Assembly (NCBI GenBank): GCA_963727825.1
Contig: CAVSHO010000011.1
Coordinates: 96,001 to 160,000 of the forward strand
DNA: 64,000 bases
Direction: 5' to 3'
DNA from: Ignavibacteriota bacterium
Lineage (GTDB): Bacteria > Bacteroidota > Ignavibacteria > UBA10030
Notes under the pieces: generated by a model
Told to the model about the DNA's origin: nothing
Seen by the model: only the letters and a program-made list of their open reading frames with translations
Database searches by the model: none
Shown: positions 54,396 through 62,767 of the stretch, one piece after another
Numbering within the stretch: position 1 is the stretch's first letter
How the letters are laid out: every line of letters starts with the position of its first letter
Made by a program: the position numbers and the translations under genes

Positions 54396-55118
54396 ATATA
54401 CAACCCGATTAAAAATGTCTTGTATAAAAGATATTTTACTTTTTATTATATCATAATATTTTCTATCCGACCTCTCAAAAACTCCAGAAACCGCCCATCC
54501 GATATAGTCTGCAATTTGTAGCGCTGAATGACTATAATAGGGATTATGATAAAACTCTAATTTAGGATTGACTGTTATGCCGTATTTATTAAAAAATTCA
54601 ACTTTCAATCTTTCTATTTCTGCGTTTAAGTTTTTTTGAATGCCCAATTTTTTATCTTTTCTTGAAAGCACTATGTCACAATATTCGTGGGTATGTAATA
54701 TCCTTTTAAGTAACTCTCCGCACATTCCGTTATAAAATAGCTCTGGATTTCTTAGGTAACCTTCATAGGCTTTTAATTTTTCAGCCACAAGTATTAATGA
54801 TTTAAAATCGGACATAGAAGCTATTTCTTTAAAAAATATGTCTCTAAATATTACAGGGTCGTTAGAGGCGTGAAGAACTTCTAAGGAATCTCTCATTGTG
54901 ATATGGGGAATAATGTCAGCAGAGGTTAAACATTTTAACTTAAATTTAAGTACTTGCTCTTGAAGAATTATTGGAGTAGAGGTGGTAACAATGGAGATAA
55001 CTAAAAATTTGGATGTTTGATTAGTGGTAACAAGGTTTACCCCGCTTTTGGCAATAATTTCAGGTCTGCCCGATTCATCTAAGAAAATGTATTGCTTACC
55101 ACTTTTAGGTTCTTTCAT
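54375..55118 (-). CDS. DUF3800 family protein (RNase H-like fold), gene cassette
   Basis: YIFLDESG, LHAS, LQIADYIGWA motifs. Confidence 0.88.
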   Translation of the reverse strand: MKEPKSGKQYIFLDESGRPEIIAKSGVNLVTTNQTSKFLVISIVTTSTPIILQEQVLKFKLKCLTSADIIPHITMRDSLEVLHASNDPVIFRDIFFKEIASMSDFKSLILVAEKLKAYEGYLRNPELFYNGMCGELLKRILHTHEYCDIVLSRKDKKLGIQKNLNAEIERLKVEFFNKYGITVNPKLEFYHNPYYSHSALQIADYIGWAVSGVFERSDRKYYDIIKSKISFIQDIFNRVVYTKQNPL

Positions 55119-55134
55119 CCTCTCTCACCTTTAT

Positions 55135-55269
55135 GCCTAACGGACGGGTGCTAAGCTGCCGCGTTGATAATGTTCAATATGCACCCAAGAAAGTGAGTTC
55201 ATGCCGTAAAAGAAATTATTAAGACTGAGAACCTATGCCCACTCGCATTTTAAATAGCCGATGTTGGCA
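55135..55269 (-). repeat. attC-like site (hybrid arms)
   Basis: gcctaac..gctaagctgccgcgttgata left arm; gttggca core next to the upstream gene's stop codon. Confidence 0.65.
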
Positions 55270-55273
55270 GTAG

Positions 55274-56341
55274 TTAATTATTTCTTATTATTAATATCAA
55301 ATCTGCCGCATCTTTCATTTCTGCTTTGTTAGGTTCTTTAATAATCAGTGGTTTTACGATAATGTTCTTTTGTTCTATGTTTGCCAATAAATCCCACATA
55401 ATCTCATGATATAAAATAATTATAGCCTGTTCTTTATCTTTGAAGTTGTATTTTTTTATGATTTCATTAAATGAAATATTTGAAATTGTATTATCACATA
55501 TCTTAATTGATATTTGTTTTGAAAGCTGATATAATTTGTCCTGATTATTCTCGTCTATTATAGGAATTGTAACTTTACCTTGTTCATCAAATATATTATT
55601 CTTTCCATAAGCTTCCATAACTCTTGTGTCAGTCACCTTGCCTGACAATCTGATGTTTTTTAATAATAATTTTAGTAAATCATCGTCATAAAAAGATTTC
55701 ATCAATTTATATGGAGCACCATTAGTTATAGAAATAGTAACAGAGCTGTCAGTCTCCGTGTTTGTCCCATATTTTAAATTGCGCTGAGATGCTAATATCC
55801 AGAAATAACCAGTCCAAGGAGAAATATTGTCCTTTGAATCTAATGGTCTTATTATTTTCTTTTCTTCAAATTCTTTCCAAATCAAACCATCAAGAACGTA
55901 TGAAAATGTGATTGAAAAGGCGTTTTGAGAACGACCAATTGAATTTAAATATGAAACTATATCTTTTATATCTTTTTCAATAAGAGGTATTATTTTATCA
56001 GCTATCTGTTTTGATTGGATTCTCAACTGATTGGTTTGATTTTCATCAAGAATAGGAATGTTTGAATAATATTTATTATTTTCTTGCCGAATAAGATTAT
56101 AAATCTTCAATAACTTTAATTGGCTGTCCGTATATGGTATATGAAGGCTGTCTAAACCTTTTTTGCTTAATCCGTTAGAGAATAACATTGTCAATTGCAA
56201 ATTATTATCACGTGATATTACCCATTGCGGGGTCTCCCTACCAGAACAATAACAGGTCATATCATAATTATTAGGATTTATTTGACCCATTAATTCTCCG
56301 CAATAGAGTATCATATTTAAAATTAGTAATTTGTGTTTCAT
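55274..56341 (-). CDS. Secreted hypothetical protein (cassette)
   Basis: Signal-peptide-like MKHKLLIL; attC arm caccaac..gctaagctgcgg at 56366. Confidence 0.7.
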   Translation of the reverse strand: MKHKLLILNMILYCGELMGQINPNNYDMTCYCSGRETPQWVISRDNNLQLTMLFSNGLSKKGLDSLHIPYTDSQLKLLKIYNLIRQENNKYYSNIPILDENQTNQLRIQSKQIADKIIPLIEKDIKDIVSYLNSIGRSQNAFSITFSYVLDGLIWKEFEEKKIIRPLDSKDNISPWTGYFWILASQRNLKYGTNTETDSSVTISITNGAPYKLMKSFYDDDLLKLLLKNIRLSGKVTDTRVMEAYGKNNIFDEQGKVTIPIIDENNQDKLYQLSKQISIKICDNTISNISFNEIIKKYNFKDKEQAIIILYHEIMWDLLANIEQKNIIVKPLIIKEPNKAEMKDAADLILIIRNN

Positions 56342-56573
56342 TGTGTCTGTTTTTTTAAAAATTACCACCAACGTCCTGGTGCTAAGCTGCGGCGCTGATA
56401 GCTTTCCAATTGAATGAATTTAGAAACAGAAATTAGTACAAATAAAATCATATGCTTCAATATAGCTCTCCGTTGGTATTGCGAGTGATTTTAAGTAGCG
56501 GTAGAAAGTTAGGTATTAGAGAAGAAAAACGCAAACTAAAGATATAAGAAAGGTTGTAAGATATGAACCAGAG

Positions 56574-57590
56574 TTAGAACTGTATCTTATTTACAGAAGA
56601 AACGAGAGTGCTTGGCAACAAGTGGCTATACGTATTCGCTGTAAGATTGACACTGCTATGCCCCAGTATCTTTTGAATCTCAAATATAGAAACTCCGCTG
56701 GCACATAGTAATGAAGCAGCTGAGTGTCTCGTAGAGTGAAAATGTAAATCTTCATTCAGTTCTGCATCTCTCACACACTTCTTAAAGTATCTGCTCACGT
56801 AACTTGCCTCGTATTTATATGTGCCCTTGTTGAAAACATACTCTCCCATTTGTGCTCGTTTCTGTAATACAGATTTAACCAAGTCGTGCATCGGCACTAT
56901 TCTATTTTTGCCAGTCTTTGTTTGAAAAAGTTCATCGTTTATAATTTGAATGACCGATGCCTGGAAATCTATTTGATGCCATCTTAAATTCACAATTTCC
57001 GAAAGTCTTAGCCCAGTGAGACAAGCAACAAGATACAAGTGTTTTAAAGTATCATTCTTTACGACAGCCAGCAACTTCTCAATATCTCCCTTTTTCATAA
57101 ACGATATTCTCCGTTCGGCTTGTTTCACTTGTTGTGAATGTCTAAACGGATTCTTTAGCAGATATCCATTATTCACAGCGCATTGAAAAACTGACTTCAT
57201 AGCCCGATAATACATATTGACAGTAGTTGCGCTTTTCTTTTTCTGCAGGCAGTGGTTTTTGAATCGTTCAACGTCTTCCAAAGTGTATTGACTCAACAAC
57301 TTGTCACCAGTCGCGGCAAGAAAATATCTCTGCGCTGAATTGTGTATCTCAACTGTTTTGAATCGTAACAGACTAGATTTGAGTGATAAATACAAGCCGT
57401 AAAAAGAAGAAAGCGTGTGCATCACTGACATTGGTTCAACTGTATCTACTTTTTCATTTCTTATAAATGAAAGTGCGTCATTTTTCTTTTTACAGTGAGT
57501 AGATTTCCATTGAATCTTGCCGGTAGAATTTTTAATACCATAATAGTAAATCTTATTTTCAGAGCGTCTATTAAAATAAACCTTTGACAT
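56574..57590 (-). CDS. Tyrosine integrase of the tRNA-Asp island
   Basis: TGLRLSEI, HFHSTRH, LGHS..LT..TY; SAM-like middle domain. Confidence 0.93.
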   Translation of the reverse strand: MSKVYFNRRSENKIYYYGIKNSTGKIQWKSTHCKKKNDALSFIRNEKVDTVEPMSVMHTLSSFYGLYLSLKSSLLRFKTVEIHNSAQRYFLAATGDKLLSQYTLEDVERFKNHCLQKKKSATTVNMYYRAMKSVFQCAVNNGYLLKNPFRHSQQVKQAERRISFMKKGDIEKLLAVVKNDTLKHLYLVACLTGLRLSEIVNLRWHQIDFQASVIQIINDELFQTKTGKNRIVPMHDLVKSVLQKRAQMGEYVFNKGTYKYEASYVSRYFKKCVRDAELNEDLHFHSTRHSAASLLCASGVSIFEIQKILGHSSVNLTANTYSHLLPSTLVSSVNKIQF

Positions 57591-57719
57591 TATGAACTCC
57601 TTTCGTGATTGAAAAGAGCCCATATACGGTGTATATAAACTGTATATCTTTTACGAGAGATTCAGAAAATCAAACTTGAAATAGAAGTCTAAAACCATTA
57701 TATTATCTTATAATTTAAC

Positions 57720-57794
57720 GGGGTCGTAGCTCAGCTTGGTTAGAGCGCCTGCCTGTCACGCAGGAGGTCGCGAGTTCGATCCTCGTCGGCCCCG
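57720..57794 (+). tRNA. tRNA-Asp(GTC)
   Basis: Cloverleaf, CCTGC-CT-GTC-AC-GCAGG. Confidence 0.97.
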
Positions 57795-57933
57795 CAGAAA
57801 TGGAAAACCCCTTTATGGGGTTTTTTCATTTCTGTACCAGACACGAGAATGTGTCTCGCCTGTCCCGCCGCTTTTGGGCGGGATCGGCCCCGCAATAAAA
57901 GCCTATCTTATGATGGGCTTTTATTTTTACTAT

Positions 57934-58203
57934 ATGTCTCATTACACGTATATCATCCAAAGTCAAACAACCGATACATTCTACATCGGCTCAACACATA
58001 ATCCTTCCCTACGGCTTCAGCATCACAATAATGGATGGACAAAGTCTACCAAGTCCGGTATTCCTTGGAAATTAGTTTATCTCGAAGAACATCTCACAAA
58101 ATCCGACGCTATGCATCGTGAATATGAAATCAAGCGAATGAAAAGCCGTGTTTACATCGAGGGACTTATTCGGCACGCAGGAGGTCGTCCCGATGCAACG
58201 TAG
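57934..58203 (+). CDS. GIY-YIG nuclease family protein
   Basis: YTYIIQS....FYIGST....RL.HHN.G..KST...PWKLVY.E.....A..RE..IK..KSR. Confidence 0.92.
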   Translation: MSHYTYIIQSQTTDTFYIGSTHNPSLRLQHHNNGWTKSTKSGIPWKLVYLEEHLTKSDAMHREYEIKRMKSRVYIEGLIRHAGGRPDAT

Positions 58204-58232
58204 TTGTATCGGGAATCCTCGTCGGCTCCGCA
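58174..58232 (+). pseudogene. 3' half of tRNA-Asp interrupted by a TCCCG..CGGGA hairpin
   Basis: cacgcaggaggtcg[tcccgatgcaacgtagttgtatcgggaa]tcctcgtcggctccgca. Confidence 0.8.
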
Positions 58233-58498
58233 TAATAAAAAATCCCCAAATGGGGATTTTTTATTATGTAATAGCCATAAGTTTGTTCATCGCCTGTCCC
58301 GTTAATCGCCAGATTGACGGGATCGACCCCGTAAAAAACGAGGGTTTTTAACACCCTCGTTTTGTTTTATATAAGACCGTCAGTCAATACTCATTTTTAA
58401 ATGGAAACAATGCATCCTTGGAAATTTGTTGAATCCATGAGACAGGAGCAATCAGCAATGTTGAAAGTCCCTATCAAATTTGTACAATAATTCCGATC

Positions 58499-60038
58499 CT
58501 AATCCAACTCTAACATCACTACACATTTTGCCGGCAGGTTGACGTTGAGTATCCCTTTCTGTAAATGAGCTCCGGAAAAAGGCTTTATACTCACTTCTTC
58601 GGGCTTCCCAAAATCGTTATATGCATTCATTTTTTCAGCAGTAATGATTTCTCCGGAAACATTTTTCATTGAGGTGCCGAGTAATTCACAGCTTAGTTTC
58701 TTTTCTTTCACCGGATCTAAATTTGTTATGCTGATGTGTATCTTTCCGTTTTTATCCTTAGACGCTGAAACACTTAACGATTGTATTTTATCGGTTCCGT
58801 TAGAGTATTCTTCACTTATTAATTTGATAGGAAGCATTGTTGCTTCCTGATGCACTGAATACATTTTGAAGACATAATAGGTTGGAGTTAATACTATTTT
58901 GTCACCTTTCGTCAGGATTACAGACTGCAAGACATTTACCATTTGGGCAATGTTTGCCATCCTGACGCGGTCGCAATGGTTATTGAAAATATTCAGATAG
59001 AGCCCAGCCGTCACGGCATCGCGCAGCGTGTTTTGCTGATACAGAAAAGCCGGATTGTCGCCCGGTTCTGTATCGAACCAGTTTCCCCATTCATCTGCAG
59101 TTAATGCAATTTTCTTTTCTGGGTCATAACGATCCATAATTGCAGAATGCTGATTCAGGTTTTCATCAACGACCACAGTCTTTTGCATCGGTACTGAACC
59201 ATTCACTCTCGTCAAAATTGACCGCTGACCCTTTCTTTGTCCAGTTATGGCAGATCGTATAATAATGATAAGAATATCCCTGAATGAGATCGCTGTATTT
59301 TTTTGTGGCTTTCATAACGGTCTCTGTCCAATTGAGATCATCCGAAGTACCGCCTGATAGAATTTTGAATTTGCCCGGACAGAAAGTGGAAAATTGTTTA
59401 AAAATATTTGAATAAAACTCTGGGGTCATATTACCACCGCATCCCCAGGTCTCATTTCCAATTCCCCAGAATTTCACTTTCCATGGCTCGCTTCGCCCAT
59501 TGATACGGCGCAGGTTCGCCATCGGACTGTCGTTGTTAGAATTTACATATTCCACCCAATCACGTGCTTCTTTTATCGTTCCACTACCAACATTGATGGA
59601 AAGGTACGGTTCGGCACCGAGTAATTCACAAAAATCTAAAAATTCATGTGTACCAAAGCTATTATCTTCTACAACTCCACCCCAGGTAGTATTGACGAAC
59701 TTCGGCCTTTTTTCGACTGGACCAATACCGTCCATCCAATGATATGTATCAGCAAAGCATCCTCCAGGCCAGCGAACAACAGGAACGTGGATGGCTTTCA
59801 GAGCATCCAGAACATCATTGCGAATACCGCGCGTATTGGGTATTGGTGAATTTTTACCTACCCAAATTCCGCCATAAATACATCGGCCTAAATGTTCTGT
59901 AAAATGTCCGTAAATATATTTGCTGATTGTTATTTTGCCAGAATCAGCATTTACAATCAAAGTATTCGTCGATTGCTGTGCATTAACTTTCAATGTAATA
60001 ATGAGGATGAGACAGCATAGAGTGATAATCTTTTTCAT
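58499..60038 (-). CDS. Alpha-L-arabinofuranosidase (GH51), split by a +1 indel near 59190
   Basis: EHLGRCIYGG, RWPGGCFAD, GIGNE.WGCGG, DEWG.W, MANIAQ.VNVLQ. Confidence 0.92.
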
Positions 60039-60477
60039 TATGTCTATATCTCCGTATTCAAAATTCATATAGATAGTATGGATTTTATCCTAATTGTAAA
60101 TATACATAACATATTAAAATCTTCCTATTAATTCTTAGACTTTTCTGAATTTGAAACGATAAAAATCAGTTTCTTGCTTCCGTTTTCATCGTTTCGTATA
60201 TTAGTACATAATTAAGTAAATAATTTTGCACCCATAGTTCGAAAATTGCCTGCGAATGCATTTTATGAGCAGAAGCAATTTTCAGAATCTCCCGCTTTTC
60301 AGGATTCCGCTTTTGAAGCGGGATTCAAAAAGCGGAACCGCCGGTATTTGGCGGGACTTAATAATATTGTATTAGTTTGCACCCATAGCTTCCAAATCGG
60401 CCTGCGAGTGCAACGAGCAGCAGCCGATTTGAGAATCCCGTTGAACGAAGTGATAACGGGATCTTAATTTGATCTTT

Positions 60478-60532
60478 GCACCCATAGCTCAATTGGATAG
60501 AGCGGCAGCCTACGGAGCTGTAGGTTGGGGGT
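60478..60532 (+). pseudogene. 5' fragment of tRNA-Arg(ACG) (att site of element 2)
   Basis: gcacccatagctcaattggatagagc-ggcagc-ct-ACG-ga-gctgt-aggttgggggt, then no TTCGA or acceptor strand. Confidence 0.9.
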
Positions 60533-60609
60533 AAAAAGCTTTCAAAACATTTCAATTTCTACATTTCCTTCCTTCGTGGGTACTAATTTGGTGACCTTCT
60601 GCCTCAGAA

Positions 60610-61692
60610 ATGGGGTTTCCAATGTTCCTCTCCAAACATTCCAACGGTACCTATTATCTGTATTATTCCAACGAACAAGGCAAGAGAAAAAAGGTATCTA
60701 CTCATTGCCAATATAAAACCGATGCGCTCCAGTTTCTGCAATCGTTCAAAAGTGATGAACACGAACGGAGACAAAAAGCAAAGCATAAACTACTTTCAGA
60801 ACTCCAGAATGATTTTCTTCCTTATGCAGATGCTAACTTTAGCAAGGGAACGGTAGATATTTACAAAGCAGCACTAAAGAACTTTGTTTGCATTGTCGGT
60901 GATTTACCACTTTCATCATACACTCCTCAGCACTTCGATACTTACAAAACAGAGAGACAAAAACCTGTCAAGGTGGTAACGGTCAAAGATGGACATAAAG
61001 CAGAGACAGAGAAGATTGTAAAGCCAGTAACTGTAAACATCGAACTCCGGACGTTGAGGGCTTTCTTCAACACAGCTGTAAGGTGGAGACTACTCGAAAG
61101 CAATCCATTCAAAATTCAACTCGTAAAGATACCGGAGAATAAGCCAACATTCCTCACAAAGGAAGAATTTCAAAAGCTTCTTAATGTGATTGAAGAACAT
61201 TGGTTGAAGGAAATCATTATCTTTGCAGTAAGCACCGGATTGCGTAGAGGCGAATTAGTGAACCTAAAATGGAATTGTATAGACCTCAGCCGAAAGTTGC
61301 TGTATATCGAAAGCACTCCCACGTTTCGCACGAAGTCCGGTAAAATGAGAATAATACCGTTGAACGATACAGCTCTCTACATATTGCAAGCAAAGCAAGG
61401 AAAAGATACTTCTGAATATGTTTTTTCGATGAACGGCAAGCAAATCTTTGCCGATTGGATTACGCACTTGTTCAAGCGGTATGTGAGACTTGCGAACCTC
61501 AGCAATCAGGATATACATTTTCATTCACTCCGGCACTCGTTTGCTTCTTGGCTTGCTCAGGACGGTACTTCTGTTTATGTGATTAAAGACTTGCTCGGAC
61601 ATTCAGACGTAAAAACAACTCAGATATATAGCCATTTACAACCTGAGAGTTTACATAAAGAAGTGAATAGGATTTCGATACTTATGAATTGA
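60610..61692 (+). CDS. Tyrosine integrase, close paralog of 38841..39927
   Basis: Intact R-HxxR-H-Y catalytic motifs; long identical stretches shared with the element 1 integrase. Confidence 0.95.
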   Translation: MGFPMFLSKHSNGTYYLYYSNEQGKRKKVSTHCQYKTDALQFLQSFKSDEHERRQKAKHKLLSELQNDFLPYADANFSKGTVDIYKAALKNFVCIVGDLPLSSYTPQHFDTYKTERQKPVKVVTVKDGHKAETEKIVKPVTVNIELRTLRAFFNTAVRWRLLESNPFKIQLVKIPENKPTFLTKEEFQKLLNVIEEHWLKEIIIFAVSTGLRRGELVNLKWNCIDLSRKLLYIESTPTFRTKSGKMRIIPLNDTALYILQAKQGKDTSEYVFSMNGKQIFADWITHLFKRYVRLANLSNQDIHFHSLRHSFASWLAQDGTSVYVIKDLLGHSDVKTTQIYSHLQPESLHKEVNRISILMN

Positions 61693-61732
61693 ATGTGTTT
61701 TGAATAATAAATAAAAGAGCGTCGGTAGTGTC

Positions 61733-61882
61733 TTAATTTGGATGTGATGGAGGTGGAAAAATATCATCAATTAATGGTCTAAGCACATATCCAGCGGCAA
61801 GACCAACAATAAGTAATTGTCCACCCGATGGAAGAAAAAAGAATATAATAACGAGAATAATAAATATTACCATTTTTGCCAT
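61733..61882 (-). CDS. Small membrane protein
   Basis: ggag RBS, MAKMVIFIILVIIFF hydrophobic ORF. Confidence 0.5.
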   Translation of the reverse strand: MAKMVIFIILVIIFFFLPSGGQLLIVGLAAGYVLRPLIDDIFPPPSHPN

Positions 61883-62151
61883 TTTAATTTCTCCATAGAC
61901 ACTATTATGCGGCTTTCTTATTTTATCGTTTGACAACCAGCAACTCAAACTGACGCAGACCACATTGAAGGTACTGACTGCTGTTGGCAATGGCAATGAA
62001 TAAATATCATCAATCATAACACAGATGGCTCAATACGACTAGGAACAATTCAATTGTTTGTTGGGATTATTGGGATTTTTAAGAAAAACAACATCCATTA
62101 ATACCATCAAGATGGTAGTATCAGATTAGGTACAATGCGAGTGTTTTATCT

Positions 62152-62763
62152 TTACCCAAAATTATTTCTTAATATTTTAATAAAATATCCAAGAAAGTTA
62201 CCAGATAGCTTTCTTTCTTTCCATTGACTAAGTCCTGCGTTAAATGCTTCTTTTATTTTACCTTCTTCATACTTATCAATTACGTTAGAGAAGAATTTTC
62301 TAAAAGCGAATTCATCAAATTCTACTGCTTCTATTTTTAATATTTCCACCATTTGATCGATAATAACATTATTTCCATTATTAACATTATTGTTTGTCAC
62401 CGTTTTGTTCTCCGTCTGCTCTCCGTTCTGCTCTCCACCAATTTGATACCGTTTCCAATTTCGTATTGATATTATTGTGGTTACGTTATCAATTTTGGTA
62501 TCCACCATTTGCCGTGTTTCGAGATACGTAAGAAATTTTCTCACTGTTTTGAAATCCCATTTCCACCTATCCGCGAGAGATAATTGAGAATAGCATAATT
62601 CACCTGGCGTAATATGGATTTCATTACCGCGAATAATTACCATGTGCTCCCTATGGCTTGCCAATAATAGTAAATCTATCCAGGCTTGCAATCGTGTAAA
62701 ACGTTCGCTGAAATAAAGATCGTTCTCCATTATCTGGCGATGTAATTTTATATATCCTTGCAT
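62152..62763 (-). CDS. Phage-type replication initiator / replisome organiser
   Basis: GYIKLHR..AWIDLLLLA..LADRWKW..TIISI.NW..YQ; internal ctccgt(t)ctg repeats at ~62408-62437. Confidence 0.8.
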   Translation of the reverse strand: MQGYIKLHRQIMENDLYFSERFTRLQAWIDLLLLASHREHMVIIRGNEIHITPGELCYSQLSLADRWKWDFKTVRKFLTYLETRQMVDTKIDNVTTIISIRNWKRYQIGGEQNGEQTENKTVTNNNVNNGNNVIIDQMVEILKIEAVEFDEFAFRKFFSNVIDKYEEGKIKEAFNAGLSQWKERKLSGNFLGYFIKILRNNFG

Positions 62764-62767
62764 AAAA

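Larger units (their letters stand above)
52565..57794. mobile_element. Integrated island at tRNA-Asp carrying an attC cassette cluster
   Basis: Degenerate 5' tRNA-Asp copy at 52565-52605, intact tRNA at 57720, adjacent integrase, TGTATATRARCTGTAT repeat at 52655 and 57630. Confidence 0.8.

Noticed and set aside
56574-57590. Integron integrase (IntI) next to the attC cluster
   Set aside because: No visible IntI-specific insertion before the HxxR motif; its architecture resembles the other island integrases and it abuts a tRNA att site
57736-57933. N-terminal extension of the GIY-YIG ORF
   Set aside because: It overlaps tRNA-Asp and terminators; the real start is probably ATG 57934
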